Numbered from the whole stretch's first letter, positions 51,083 through 62,012 are shown. The stretch: DNA of 63,995 nucleotides, filler included, from Deltaproteobacteria bacterium (GCA_030698575.1; 9 parts of 9 records of this genome joined end to end with filler, not necessarily neighbours in it), one strand, 5' to 3'. The notes: generated by a model from the sequence alone, not told the origin. Numbers and translations: made by a program.

Positions 51083-51406
51083 ATGCCACAGGCCGGTTTT
51101 GATTGGGACCCGAAGAAGGACCTTGATAATCAAGCCAGGCACGGCGTGTCTTTTGCGGAGGCACAGTACGCCTTCGCTGATCCGCAGCGCGTGATTGCTG
51201 AGGATCCCTCACACAGCACTCAGGAAGAGAAGCGCTTCTACTGCTTCGGCTCGGTCGGCGGCGGCGTACTCACTGTCAGGTTTGCATACCGCGAAGACCG
51301 CATCCGCATCATCGGGGCGGGCTACTGGCGCAAGGGGAAACGCATTTATGAGCAGACGAATCAGGTACACGGACGAACCACTCGGCCGCATAAAGGTCGT
51401 CAGTGA
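51083..51406 (+). CDS. BrnT-family toxin
   Basis: [39 protein letters not shown]. Confidence 0.9.
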   Translation: MPQAGFDWDPKKDLDNQARHGVSFAEAQYAFADPQRVIAEDPSHSTQEEKRFYCFGSVGGGVLTVRFAYREDRIRIIGAGYWRKGKRIYEQTNQVHGRTTRPHKGRQ

Positions 51407-51641
51407 TTTCCTGCCACCTCCCGAGGAGCTTGCATTTCGGGAAGAGGGGGTAAAAGTCACGATTGCGCTTTCGAAGCGCAGCGTGGACTTCTTCAAGCGC
51501 GAGGCACGGAAACACCGCACGCAATACCAGCGCATGATCCGCCGGCTCCTCGACGGTTACGCGCAGGCGCATTCGCGACCTCTAACAACGCGTTCCAGCG
51601 GGCGGCCGCGCACGAGAGGCCGTCGTGAACACCGCCGGTAA
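51348..51641 (+). CDS. CopG/BrnA-like antitoxin
   Basis: YTDEPLG, DFLPPPEEL, KVTIALS..SVDFFK, YQRMIR.LLD.Y. Confidence 0.88.
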   Translation: MSRRIRYTDEPLGRIKVVSDFLPPPEELAFREEGVKVTIALSKRSVDFFKREARKHRTQYQRMIRRLLDGYAQAHSRPLTTRSSGRPRTRGRREHRR

Positions 51642-51678
51642 AGTACCGCGCGACCGCCGCTGAACGCGAGCGTTGAGA
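51580..51678 (+). mobile_element. integron attC site
   Basis: R'' CTCTAAC-AACGC-L'' GTTCCAGC...L' GCTGAAC-GCGAGC-R' GTTGAGA; GACCTCTAAC complements the cassette start GTTAGAGGTC. Confidence 0.88.
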
Positions 51679-51709
51679 ACAATAAAGGGGAGCATTTCGA
51701 GTTCAGACG

Positions 51710-51898
51710 ATGAAGGTTCGCGACATCACCAGGCGAATTGAGAGCGAAGGATGGTACGTCGTCCGGACTCGTGGAAGCCATCGACAATACAAGCATTCAA
51801 GCAAATCGGGCCTCGTGACGATTGCAGGGAAGCCAAATGACGATTTGGCTCCTGGCACGTTGAGCAGTATACTCAAGCAGGCAGGGTCGAAACGATGA
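51710..51898 (+). CDS. hicA: HicA-family toxin
   Basis: GW...RTRGSHRQYKH, LAPGTL.SILKQAG. Confidence 0.93.
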   Translation: MKVRDITRRIESEGWYVVRTRGSHRQYKHSSKSGLVTIAGKPNDDLAPGTLSSILKQAGSKR

Positions 51899-52107
51899 AG
51901 TACCTAATTGTGATCGAGACGACAGGAACAGGATTCTCCGCATTCTCGCCTGACCTCGATGGATGCGTCGCGACCGGTGCGACCAGGGACGAGGTCGAAC
52001 AGCGAATGAAGGAGGCCATCGAATTTCACCTCGAGGGCCTCAGGGCTGATGGACAGCCCGTTCCTCCCCCTCAGAGTTCATCCAGCTACGTTGATGTCCC
52101 AGCCTAG
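51895..52107 (+). CDS. hicB: HicB-family antitoxin
   Basis: PDLDGCVATG.T..E....EAIEFHLEG. Confidence 0.93.
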   Translation: MKYLIVIETTGTGFSAFSPDLDGCVATGATRDEVEQRMKEAIEFHLEGLRADGQPVPPPQSSSSYVDVPA

Positions 52108-52118
52108 ATCTTGGCATT

Positions 52119-52200
52119 CCACAACCCGGCGCCTGGAGACGGCTCAGGTTGACCACCCGACAACTGCGTCGCTCGGCGCCCGCTCAGCGGCAATGCCTGA
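52119..52200 (+). mobile_element. degenerate attC remnant
   Basis: TTCCACAAC approximately complements the cassette start GTTGAGAA; L'-like GCTCAGC; no intact GTT. Confidence 0.4.
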
Positions 52201-52264
52201 GCGATCCGGTCCCCGAGGACTTTATGGCGGCGAGGCCGGATGGTACATGATGGGAGGTTGAATC

Positions 52265-52625
52265 ATGTCCGTGTTTCGTAAGGAGCAGAATCAGGTCCAC
52301 AGCATGCAAGGCAACCACATCGCCGGTGTGGCCACACCTACGAGCGGAGCGCAACAGGTTGAGATGTGGCACGGTCGCATGGATGCTAATTCTGCGACCC
52401 CGCCGCACAGCCATAATACCGAGGAAGTGGTCCTGTTTCTGAAGGGGAGCGGCCGGGCGACGGTGGCCGATCGTGAAGTACGCTACCAGCCCGGTGACAC
52501 GCTGATCCTGCCGCCGGCCCAAGTGCACCAGATCTTCGCAGAAACCGAAAGCGAGTTTGTCGCCGCAATGCCGATCGGCGGTACGGTGAAGCTTCCGGAC
52601 GGTATGGTGATCGACCTACCATGGC
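52265..52625 (+). CDS. cupin-domain protein; 3'-truncated
   Basis: PPHSH..EEV..LKG.G, GDTLILPP...HQI. Confidence 0.88.
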
Positions 52626-52725
52626 NNNNNNNNNNNNNNNNNNNNNNNNNNNNNNNNNNNNNNNNNNNNTTAATTAATTAANNNNNNNNNNNNNNNNNNN
52701 NNNNNNNNNNNNNNNNNNNNNNNNN

Positions 52726-54597
52726 GACCGGATGGTTCACCGGGGGCCGGACGACGAGGGAAGTCACTTCGCCGGGCCGCTCGGCCTGGGATTCCGGCGC
52801 CTCTCCATCATCGACCTCGAGGGCGGCCATCAGCCCATGGCCGACCAGGACGCGTCCGTCTGGGTGGTCTTCAACGGGGAAATCTACAATTTCCCCGCGC
52901 TCAAGGAGGAGCTGCAGGGGTACGGACACGTGTTTCGCACGCGGTCCGACACGGAAGTGATCGTCCACGGGTACAAGCAATGGGGAAAAGACGTCCTCGA
53001 ACACCTGAACGGCATGTTCGGCCTCGCCATCTGGGACGACCGACGACGGCAATTGATCGTCGCTCGCGACCGGATGGGGATCAAACTGATCTACTACAAG
53101 CTCACGGCGGGCCGGCTCACCTTCGCCTCGGAGCTGCGCCCGCTCCTGGTGTGTGACGAGGACCGACCGGAGATCGACCCCGTCGCGGTGAGCCTCTTTC
53201 TCCGCTACCGGTACACGCCTTCGCCCTTGACCGTCCTGCGGGGTATCCGGAAGCTCGCTCCCGGCACTCGCCTGGTCGTCCGGGCGAACGAGGCGCCGAT
53301 CGTCGAGCGCTGGTGGAATTTCCAGCCCGAGCCATTCGATCCGATGCCGAGCGACGCCGAAGCCGAGGAGCAGCTCCTGGATCTGTACAAGCAGGCCATC
53401 AAGCGGCAGCTTATCAGCGACGTGCCTCTGGGGCTCCTGCTGAGCGGCGGCCTGGACTCGGGGCTGCTCCTGGCCCTCATGCACCAGCATGGAAGCCCGC
53501 GAAACACCTATACCGTGGGGTACGGCAAGAGCTTCGCGGACGACGAGCTGTCCGATGCCGCCCACACGGCCGAGCTTCTGGGGGCGCGACACGCCTCGCT
53601 GGAGATCGATCGAGAGACGTTTGCCGCCTCGCTTCCCTCGATCCTGACGACGCTCGAGGAGCCCATCGCCTCCTCGTCCATCGTGCCCATGTACCACGTC
53701 TGCCGCCGTGCCCGCCAGGACGTCAAGGTCGTCTTCATGGGACAAGGCCCCGACGAGCTGTTCGGGGGCTACACCCGCCACCTTGGCGTGCGCTACGGCG
53801 CCTCCTGGCGATCCCTGCCGGGCTGGCTGCGCGCCCCGCTGACCCCGATCCTGGGCGGTCTCGCGCGGGCCGAATGGATCCGTCGCGGGCTCTATGCCCT
53901 GGCCGCCCCCGAGCGCATGGAGCGATACCAGAGGGTGCTCTCCATCGTCCCGGGTGAGCACATCGACGAGCTGTTCCACCGCGACGTTCTCGCGGCCGGC
54001 GCGAGCGATGGGATCCTCGACTGCTGGAAGGATCTCGAGCCCCTCATGGCGCAGACGGACGAGCTCGGGGGGCTGCAATTCCTGGAGGTCCGGTCCTCGC
54101 TCCCCGACGAGCTGCTGATGTACGCCGACAAGCTCTCGATGGCGCATGGTCTGGAGGTCCGGGTCCCCTATCTCGACCAGGAGATCGTCCAGTTCGTCGA
54201 GCGTCTCTCCGCCTCCTTCAAAGTCCGGGGCGGTACGCGCAAGTGGATCCATCGCCAAGTCTGCCGGCTGTTCCTGCCTCCCGAGATCATCCGTCGGAAG
54301 AAGCGGGGATTCGCCGTCAACGTGGTGGACGACTGGTTTCGGACCTCGCTCGCCCAGGAGATGGACGACCTCCTCCTGGATCGAGGCTCGCTGATCTACG
54401 GCTTCCTGCGGCCGGAGACGGTCTCCCGCACGCTCCAGAACCACAAGAGCGGTCAGCAAGACAACCACAAGATCCTGTTCAGCCTGGTCGTCCTCGAACA
54501 CCTGCTGCGCAGCTACCGGGCCGCACCCGCCCGCTCGACCTCGGCGCGCGAACGAGGCCGGACGCGCGCCCGCGCCCTCGGGAGCGGACGCGCATGA
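52726..54597 (+). CDS. asnB: asparagine synthase-like glutamine amidotransferase (glycan locus); 5'-truncated
   Basis: HRGPD, RLSIID, NGEIYNF, SDTEV, LLSGGLDS, E.RVPYLD. Confidence 0.92.
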   Translation, partial: DRMVHRGPDDEGSHFAGPLGLGFRRLSIIDLEGGHQPMADQDASVWVVFNGEIYNFPALKEELQGYGHVFRTRSDTEVIVHGYKQWGKDVLEHLNGMFGLAIWDDRRRQLIVARDRMGIKLIYYKLTAGRLTFASELRPLLVCDEDRPEIDPVAVSLFLRYRYTPSPLTVLRGIRKLAPGTRLVVRANEAPIVERWWNFQPEPFDPMPSDAEAEEQLLDLYKQAIKRQLISDVPLGLLLSGGLDSGLLLALMHQHGSPRNTYTVGYGKSFADDELSDAAHTAELLGARHASLEIDRETFAASLPSILTTLEEPIASSSIVPMYHVCRRARQDVKVVFMGQGPDELFGGYTRHLGVRYGASWRSLPGWLRAPLTPILGGLARAEWIRRGLYALAAPERMERYQRVLSIVPGEHIDELFHRDVLAAGASDGILDCWKDLEPLMAQTDELGGLQFLEVRSSLPDELLMYADKLSMAHGLEVRVPYLDQEIVQFVERLSASFKVRGGTRKWIHRQVCRLFLPPEIIRRKKRGFAVNVVDDWFRTSLAQEMDDLLLDRGSLIYGFLRPETVSRTLQNHKSGQQDNHKILFSLVVLEHLLRSYRAAPARSTSARERGRTRARALGSGRA

Positions 54598-56291
54598 TCG
54601 GCGTCATCTCGAAGCCGACCGAGATCAGGGCAGCCCAGGAGTTCTTCCAGCTCTTCAAGACGCCCTGGGAGCCCTATGTCCCGGGCCGCCAGTACGACGT
54701 CGTCCTGTCCACGTCGGACGACGTGCCGCGCGATCCGGGCGCCAAGGTCGTGCTGGTCTACAACTCGAAAATCATCCCGTTCGATCACGACCGCAAACTC
54801 ACCGTCCACTCGCAGCAACGCAAGCTGTGGCTCGAGTCGGACGCCGCCGCATTCCCCGTGTACGGCGACGTCCTGGTGTTCCAGCCGACCGGCCGGCCGT
54901 GCCTGCGCGTGCAAGGGACGTCGGAGCCCGCCGGCCTCGACGTGGGCGAATCGACGCAGCGGGTCGTGCGCGTCGGGTACGACCTGTTCCAGGAGATCGC
55001 CTTTCTGCTCTCCGAAGGGCAGCCGCCGGCGAATGCCCACGTGCCCACGCTCGAGCTCCATATCTCGATCCTGCGCGACCAGCTGTTGCTCGCAGGCATC
55101 CCGCTGGTCGAAGTCCCGCCTGTCCCGCCCGGCTACGACTTCATGGCGTGCCTCACGCACGACGTCGACTTCGTCGGGATCCGCCAGCACAGGTTCGACC
55201 AGACCATGTGGGGGTTCCTCTATCGCGCCCTCGTCGGCTCGCTCTCGGGCGTGCTGCGAGGTAGGCTCTCCTGGCGCAAGCTGATCCGGAACTGGTCGGC
55301 CGCCTTCTGGCTGCCGGCGGTCCACCTCGGTCTGCGGCCCGATTTCTGGCTGGAGTTCGATCGGTACGCGGAGTTCGAGAAAGACCTCGGCTCGACATTC
55401 TTCTTCATTCCGTATAGGAACGTCCCCGGGACGCGGGGGTCCGGCCCGGCGCCGGGACGCCGGGCGGCCAAGTACGATCTCGTGGAGACCCGGGCACACG
55501 CCCTCGAGCTGATCGGCCGCGGCTGCGAGATCGGGCTTCACGGGCTCGACGCATGGCGCGATCCGGGGAAGGGGCGCGCGGAGCTGAGCCGCATCACCGA
55601 CATCACCGGACCCGCCGAGGTCGGCGTGCGGATGCACTGGCTGTACTTCTCCGAGGACTCGCCCCGGATCCTGGAAGAGGCGGGCTTCTCCTACGATTCG
55701 ACCTTCGGTTACAACAACACGATCGGCTTTCGGGCTGGCACGCCCCAGGCGTTCTGCCCCCTCACGGCGCAGAGCCTGCTCGAGCTTCCGCTCACCATTC
55801 AGGACACGGCAATGTTCTATGCCGCTCACTTGAATCTCCCCGAAGCGGAGGCTCTGGACGCGTGCAAGCGACTGATCCAGTCCGCTGCGAGGTTCGGGGG
55901 CGCGCTGACAGTGAACTGGCATACCCGGAGCCTCTCGCCTGAGAGACTCTGGGGCGACTTCTACCTGCGGCTGCTGGAACAGATGCAGACCCACCGCGTC
56001 TGGTTCGGGAGAGCGGCGGAGATCGTCCAGTGGTTCCGCCAGCGGCGCGCGCTCCGCTTCGAGTCGGTTCACACCGCTGGAGCTCGTGTCTGGCTGAAGT
56101 TGGCAGGTGCGGCGGCGGTGGGGCAACCGCCGCTGACGCTCCGAATCCATCACCCCCAGCCGGCCTCGCCGGCGGCGTCCGCCCGCCCTCTTCTCGAGCC
56201 CTCCTACTCGGACATTTCCTGGAAGGGGGAGGCCGAGCTGGAGATCATCGTCGGGGCGCCGAAACACCAAGGAGCGAATCATGCGGGATAG
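54594..56291 (+). CDS. polysaccharide deacetylase-like protein
   Basis: LTHDVD, EIGLHG, RMHWL, YDST.G, LELPL.IQD, NWH. Confidence 0.8.
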   Translation: MIGVISKPTEIRAAQEFFQLFKTPWEPYVPGRQYDVVLSTSDDVPRDPGAKVVLVYNSKIIPFDHDRKLTVHSQQRKLWLESDAAAFPVYGDVLVFQPTGRPCLRVQGTSEPAGLDVGESTQRVVRVGYDLFQEIAFLLSEGQPPANAHVPTLELHISILRDQLLLAGIPLVEVPPVPPGYDFMACLTHDVDFVGIRQHRFDQTMWGFLYRALVGSLSGVLRGRLSWRKLIRNWSAAFWLPAVHLGLRPDFWLEFDRYAEFEKDLGSTFFFIPYRNVPGTRGSGPAPGRRAAKYDLVETRAHALELIGRGCEIGLHGLDAWRDPGKGRAELSRITDITGPAEVGVRMHWLYFSEDSPRILEEAGFSYDSTFGYNNTIGFRAGTPQAFCPLTAQSLLELPLTIQDTAMFYAAHLNLPEAEALDACKRLIQSAARFGGALTVNWHTRSLSPERLWGDFYLRLLEQMQTHRVWFGRAAEIVQWFRQRRALRFESVHTAGARVWLKLAGAAAVGQPPLTLRIHHPQPASPAASARPLLEPSYSDISWKGEAELEIIVGAPKHQGANHAG

Positions 56292-57339
56292 CGAAAAACC
56301 GTACGAGCCTGTTCGCGAAGAGTTTCTCGTCTTCGGCTCTCCGATGATCGAGGAGCCCGAGATCAAGGAAGTCGTCGATTCGATCATGCGCGGCTGGCCC
56401 GGCACGGGCCCCAAGGTGGCCCAGTTCGAAAAGGCCTTCGCCAGCTACAAGGACATGCCGTATGCCGCGGCGTTGAACTCGTGCACGGCTGGCCTGCACC
56501 TAGCCTGCCTATCGCTGGGCCTCCAGCCTGGCGACGAGGTCATCACGACGCCTCTGACGTTCTGCGCCACCGCCAACGCCATCATCCACGCCGGAGCGAC
56601 GCCGGTCCTGGCAGACGTCGAGCCCCTCGGCGGCAACATCGATCCCCTGCAGATCGCGAGGAAGATTTCCCCACGTACCCGGGCCATCTTGCCGGTGCAC
56701 TTCGCCGGTCGCCCCTGTGACATGGGGAGCATCATGGACCTCGCCCGGGCGCACAACCTCGCGGTGATCGAGGACTGCGCCCACGCGATCGAGACCGAAT
56801 ACAAGGGCCGGAAGGCCGGCACCATCGGCGAGTTCGGAGTGTTCAGCTTCTACGTGACGAAGAACCTCACCACGGTCGAAGGCGGCATGGTCTTGAGCCG
56901 GGACCGTGAGAAGATCGAGCGCATCAAGATCCTGGGCCTGCACGGCCTGAGCCGGGACGCGTGGAAGCGCTTCTCCGACTCCGGGTACAAGCACTACTAC
57001 GTGGAGGAGGCGGGCTTCAAGTACAACATGACGGACTTGCAGGCCGCGATCGGCATCCACCAGCTGAGTCGCGTGGAGGCCAACTGGAAGCGCCGGCAGG
57101 AACTCTGGGGCCGTTACATGGACGCCTTCGCGGGCCTGCCGATCGGGCTGCCCGCCCAGCCCGAACCCGACACGCGGCATGGCTATCATCTCTTCCAAAT
57201 CACGATCGACGAGGCGCTCGCGGGCATCTCCCGCGACCGCTTCCTGGACGCGATGACCGCCCAGCAGATCGGCGTCGGCGTGCACTACCTGAGCATCCCG
57301 GAGCACCCGTACTATCAGCGGACCTTCGGCTGGCGGCCC
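56281..57339 (+). CDS. DegT/DnrJ/EryC1/StrS sugar aminotransferase; 3'-truncated
   Basis: NSCTAGLHLA, EDCAHA, FSFYVTKNLTT.EGG, GFKYNM. Confidence 0.95.
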
Positions 57340-57439
57340 NNNNNNNNNNNNNNNNNNNNNNNNNNNNNNNNNNNNNNNNNNNNTTAATTAATTAANNNNN
57401 NNNNNNNNNNNNNNNNNNNNNNNNNNNNNNNNNNNNNNN

Positions 57440-57638
57440 GCCGCCGTGACGGGTCCTCCGCGATCGCCTGCTCGAAGAGCGCCATCGACTCTGCGTTGCG
57501 ATGGCTGGCAGCGGCCTCCCGCGCCTGCGTGACCGCCTGATCAGCTTCCACCGCGCCCGCGAAAGCATGCGCCGCCCGCATCGCGCCGGTGAGTGCGAAG
57601 AGGATCGTGAGCGCGGCTACGGTGCGGAGCGTCGTCAC
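57440..57638 (-). CDS. exported TPR-like protein; 3'-truncated
   Basis: GTG overlapping the GT2 stop; signal peptide; LFEQAIAEDP. Confidence 0.6.
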
Positions 57639-59071
57639 GGATGCGCCCCCTTCCCTCTCGTGCTCGCGGTCATCCGCCGTCGGGTCACCACCCAGTCGGT
57701 GCGCCCGAGGATGTGATCGTAGAGGGCCACGATCGAGATCATGTTCTTCAGAATGGCGTAGAAGAAAACGAGGACTGCATAAATGATCGAGTAACCAAGC
57801 GGGTAGTGCACGTAGGCGTTTCGCATCGCGACGACCGTCTGGAACGGACCGCTGAAAAGCGTTATGACGGCCGACACCCAGAGGTACCAGTGCGCGGTGA
57901 GCGGCACGTACCCCTGAAAGAGCAGGAGGCTCAGGATGATGGGGAAGATCTGGAGCGTGACGGGTGGATAGAGCTCCCGGTAGAGCAGCAGGTAGGTCCA
58001 GTAGAGCTTCTGCCAGAAGCTCAGGTAAGAGGTCGTCCAGAAACGCCTCTGGTACTTCAGGCTGACCTCCAGCCACCCCTGCGACCAGCGCTTCCGCTGG
58101 AACCAGAAGGATTTGAAGTCGTGCGGCGCAAGCTCCGTCGAGACGATGCTCCGGTCGTGCATGATCCGGTATCCCTCGAGCAGCGCCCGCGAGGTGGCGT
58201 CGATGTCCTCCGTCATCATGCTGGGGTCGAACTTGATGGCGCGGATGACATCGCGCTTCCAGTATCCGTTCGAGCCGCCGAAGATCGCAGTATCAACGAA
58301 CAATGAGCGCGCCGAATGGCTGATGCCGTAGACGCACTCGAACTCGACCGAAACCATTTTCGTGATGGCGTTGTCGTCGTAGTTCCGGATGATGTTTCTT
58401 CCCTGAACGACGTCGTAGTCGTGCGACAGCCAGCGCCAGGCGCGCTCGAAGCAGTCGGGTATCGGGTGATGATCGGCGTCGAGGATTCCGACGATCTCGC
58501 CGGTGGCAGCCAGTATCCCGGCATTCAGGTTCTGGGCCTTCGATTCGCTGTCGATAACCCGCAGGAGCTTCAGTTCGGGGTGCCGGGCGGCCAGCGCCTG
58601 CAGGTCGGCCTCGACCGGAAGCTCGTTGGGGGTGTTGTAGGCAAGGATGAGCTCCAGCCCGTCCATCGGCCGGTTCACCCTGGTGAGGATGTGCTCCAGC
58701 GTGTCGACAATCAGGTCCTGCTCGTTCGGGAGATAGGCGGCGACGATGAAGGTCGATCGCGGGACCGGCATCGCCGGCGCGGGAAGCTTGGCGCCGCTCA
58801 CGCCGAGCCCGGTCTTGATCCTCTGGAAGAACCTGTCGGCACGGCCGGTCGGCGCTCTGGCGGGCTGCGCGTAACGCCTGAAAAGCGAAATCACGGTTTC
58901 AAAGATGATGACGAGCGCCGTGATGAGGTAGGCCGTCGCCACGAAGACGTGGAGAGGGAAAAGATCGCGCCCGCCGAGTCGCAGGAAATAATAGAGGATG
59001 GTCGGGACGCCGATGATCACCACATGGGTGAAGATCACCTTGTCCCAGCCTAGCGATCGCTTCTCGTCCAT
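57635..59071 (-). CDS. processive GT2 (cellulose-synthase-like) membrane glycosyltransferase
   Basis: KAQNLN, DAD, TED, QRKRW; flanking TM segments. Confidence 0.92.
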   Translation of the reverse strand: MDEKRSLGWDKVIFTHVVIIGVPTILYYFLRLGGRDLFPLHVFVATAYLITALVIIFETVISLFRRYAQPARAPTGRADRFFQRIKTGLGVSGAKLPAPAMPVPRSTFIVAAYLPNEQDLIVDTLEHILTRVNRPMDGLELILAYNTPNELPVEADLQALAARHPELKLLRVIDSESKAQNLNAGILAATGEIVGILDADHHPIPDCFERAWRWLSHDYDVVQGRNIIRNYDDNAITKMVSVEFECVYGISHSARSLFVDTAIFGGSNGYWKRDVIRAIKFDPSMMTEDIDATSRALLEGYRIMHDRSIVSTELAPHDFKSFWFQRKRWSQGWLEVSLKYQRRFWTTSYLSFWQKLYWTYLLLYRELYPPVTLQIFPIILSLLLFQGYVPLTAHWYLWVSAVITLFSGPFQTVVAMRNAYVHYPLGYSIIYAVLVFFYAILKNMISIVALYDHILGRTDWVVTRRRMTASTRGKGAHP

Positions 59072-59301
59072 TCTTGAAGTTCCGCTCCGGCCCAAGCTAG
59101 CGCCTGAATATCAGAATTGTGTCACCCGCCGCCAGCCTCCTCGTTGATCCGGGGACCCATGGCAAAACGCACGCTTCCCGGCTCGCCGGGAGAGCGTAGA
59201 TAACCACCTTGAATATCGTGAGTTTTGGTCCGGGGCTTGAGCCCGGCGTGGGCCGGGCCGCGGGGCGCGGTCCCGGAAGCGGGCGGGAGGGGAGGGGTGA
59301 A

Positions 59302-60429
59302 TCAGTCGCGGGCGCGCGCCCTTTCCAGAAGGTCGGCGCCCTGTTCATCCAGCGCTTTCAGCACTCCCCGGGCGAAGACCTTCCGCCCCAGGTCGGTCCA
59401 GTGGCAGATGTCGATGAAGTGACGCCTGTCCTTCGGCATGAAACGCTCCATGTCGAAGAACAGCGCCTCGGGATGGCGAGAGGCAACCTCGCGGACGACC
59501 TCGTTGTGCGCCACGATGGCCGCGACGACGTTCTCCTTGATACCCCAGACCTCCGTGGCGACGCTCTCGGGCATGAATGAGTAGTCGGTCTTTTTCTCGA
59601 GAAACCGCTCGTTGGTGTAGTCGTCGGGGAGGTAGTAGGCGTAGGTCAGCAGGAGCACGCGCTGACCGCGCTCCTTCGCAATATCCAGCACCGCTTCGAG
59701 ATTTCGACGGAACACCATCGCTGTCTTGACGTTTGCACCTTCAACGAGCCAGGGATCGTTCCGTGGATCGTTGTAGGGGCCCTTGGCGAAGAGTGGATCG
59801 GAACGGAGGCGCCACCAGGTGATCAGCTTTCTGACCAGCATCACGACGAATGATTCCGAAACGCGCGGGTGCGCGGCCGCCCACGCAAACAGGGGTGCGT
59901 ACTGCCGGTAGTATAGAAGCTGGGTGTAGTCTTCCTGGAAGAGATCGTCGGGATAGCTGTTCGCGCGCGCGTCGTTGATGCCGTGATAGAAAATGACGAG
60001 ATCGAGATCGTAGCCGCGGTACCAGTACTCGTACTTCCAGAGTGAATCGAAAGTCATGTGCGCCGGCACGCCCGACGAGATCACACGCGCGTGAAAGCCT
60101 GAACTTGTGAAGATCGGCGCCTCGTCGAGCAGATCCTGAAAACGAGGCTGGAACTCCCGGGTCACGAAGGCCGACGCGCCGAGGGCAAGGATGCGGAATT
60201 GCCCGCGGGGAATGTCACGGCTGAAGTCGGGATTCCGAAACCCGTTGATCTCGTTTCCGATGCGCGGATAGACGAGCACGCGCGCATCATTTGAAAAGTT
60301 GACGAGCCGGAGTCCTCCCTCGAGCAACAGGAGGGTCACCGCAATGCCAATCAGCGAAGCGGCGAGGTTCTTCCCGAGGCGCGCGAGGCTCGTCAGGACA
60401 CCTCTTTCCGATTCGACTGCCTGCATCAT
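59302..60429 (-). CDS. membrane-anchored SGNH/GDSL-like hydrolase
   Basis: TM ending LLEGGLR, ILALGAS, GIND, DICHWT..G. Confidence 0.8.
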   Translation of the reverse strand: MMQAVESERGVLTSLARLGKNLAASLIGIAVTLLLLEGGLRLVNFSNDARVLVYPRIGNEINGFRNPDFSRDIPRGQFRILALGASAFVTREFQPRFQDLLDEAPIFTSSGFHARVISSGVPAHMTFDSLWKYEYWYRGYDLDLVIFYHGINDARANSYPDDLFQEDYTQLLYYRQYAPLFAWAAAHPRVSESFVVMLVRKLITWWRLRSDPLFAKGPYNDPRNDPWLVEGANVKTAMVFRRNLEAVLDIAKERGQRVLLLTYAYYLPDDYTNERFLEKKTDYSFMPESVATEVWGIKENVVAAIVAHNEVVREVASRHPEALFFDMERFMPKDRRHFIDICHWTDLGRKVFARGVLKALDEQGADLLERARARD

Positions 60430-60470
60430 GCCTTGTTTCCAGTTCCGGGAGGGCGTGCCCGAAGGCTCTC

Positions 60471-61329
60471 TCAGCGCGAAGTGAGGAGATTCCAGAGTCC
60501 CGCAGGGCCGGCGGCAAAGGCCCTGCGCCCAAGGAAATCCGCCCAGTGCGACTCCGATCCGAACTCGGAGCGCCAGGCCCAGAGGCGGCGCGTAGCGAAG
60601 TGCAGATCGTGCTCGTAGGTGAAACCGATCGCCCCGTGGATCTGATGCGCGATCGCGGGAGCCGCCTCCCCCGCCTCTCCTACGAGGACCTTGGCCGCTG
60701 CGATCTCGAAAGTCGGCGCTCCCTCCCCGTCCCATCCGGCGCCCAGCGACGCCCGGTCCGCGGCGGCGAAGGCCGCCTCCGCGGCCGCTTCGGATGCCGC
60801 GACATGCCCCGCAAGCCCTGCCAGGGCGTGCTGGATAACCTGGAATCTTCCGATCGCGCGGCCGAACTGCACGCGCTCCCCCACATAGCGCACGGACTGT
60901 GAAAGGAGGTATCCGAGGGCGCCGGCCATCTGCGCGGTGCGAACCATGGCGCCGAGTCGCCACAACGACTCGGCGGGAAGCGGAAGCGAAAACGTTTCAG
61001 CCGCTATGCCGTCGAAGCCGAGATCGTCGCGCGGTTCCCGGGCAAGATTCTCTCCCCGGACCACGCGCGCGGCCGCGGTCTCGACCAGGCCGACCCGCGG
61101 CGCGCCCCCGTCCTTCAGAATGAACACGGCCTGGCCGGCCGCACTGCCCCAGGGAACGCGCAGGGCCTTGCAGGTGAGCCGGCCACCGGCCATCGCATTC
61201 GCCGGGAGAAGATCCGGAAGGATCGTCAGCGGCCCGGAGGGCGCTTCCCGTCCGGCCTGTGCGAGAAGCCACGCAGCCAGCATGGTCTCGCCGAGCGGAA
61301 GCGGGACCGCATGTCGCCCCGCAGCCGAC
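60471..61329 (-). CDS. acyl-CoA dehydrogenase family protein; 5'-truncated
   Basis: R.QFGRAIG.FQ.IQH, AHQIHGAIGFT.E..LH. Confidence 0.9.
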
Positions 61330-61459
61330 NNNNNNNNNNNNNNNNNNNNNNNNNNNNNNNNNNNNNNNNNNNNTTAATTAATTAANNNNNNNNNNNNNNN
61401 NNNNNNNNNNNNNNNNNNNNNNNNNNNNNAGAAAGCGTTTCATCTTCATTTTCAGTCCC

Positions 61460-61816
61460 TCAAGATGTTGCAGATGTTTTGATCGCGTCGAGATATTGAA
61501 CTTCCAACCGTGCGCGAAGCCGCAACATCACAGCAGCCTGTCCCGCGGATGTGACGCTCCAAGTGGTGTACGGGTGCGTTTCATATGGCGGGCGGCTCAC
61601 CGCCAGCCCCGCGACCTCGGCGGCCGTCCAGTCAGGGTCAAGAGCGGCGCCTGACCATCCATTGCGGTAAGGATTCCGCCACTTGATACGCCCCGAACGC
61701 CGACCGATGTTGAGCGTATCCGGCCACCCGAGCGCGTGAGCCATCTTATTGACCTGAGCGGTCGTAAGGGTTGCGGCGAGACGTACGAGATCGACGGATT
61801 GGGTGTCATTCGGCAT
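61460..61816 (-). CDS. phage-type hypothetical protein
   Basis: ATG 61816 in the junction motif; HALG...PYRN...W....GLA...VT..G. Confidence 0.65.
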   Translation of the reverse strand: MPNDTQSVDLVRLAATLTTAQVNKMAHALGWPDTLNIGRRSGRIKWRNPYRNGWSGAALDPDWTAAEVAGLAVSRPPYETHPYTTWSVTSAGQAAVMLRLRARLEVQYLDAIKTSATS

Positions 61817-62012
61817 CGAACACTTCCCGGCGCCGACGCAGGTGGTAGACATCCTGCGTCCACTCTTGCAGCGCGCGCCCGCGCTTGGTACTCTCACGCT
61901 GTTCGACAGTCACCGCGAAGGGCTCCCACCCGTCGCAGAGGAACTCACCGAGCCGATCGCTGTCAGCGTCTGCCTTTCGGAGTTCCCAAACATCCTTTGG
62001 TTCACTCGGCAT
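61806..62012 (-). CDS. 68-aa hypothetical protein
   Basis: ATG 62012; GWEPFAV...YHLRR; coupled at both ends. Confidence 0.65.
   Translation of the reverse strand: MPSEPKDVWELRKADADSDRLGEFLCDGWEPFAVTVEQRESTKRGRALQEWTQDVYHLRRRREVFDAE

Noticed and set aside
52726-57339. asnB as a lasso-peptide cyclase or other novel cluster
   Set aside because: The glutaminase domain is present and the deacetylase and DegT neighbours indicate an ordinary surface-polysaccharide locus
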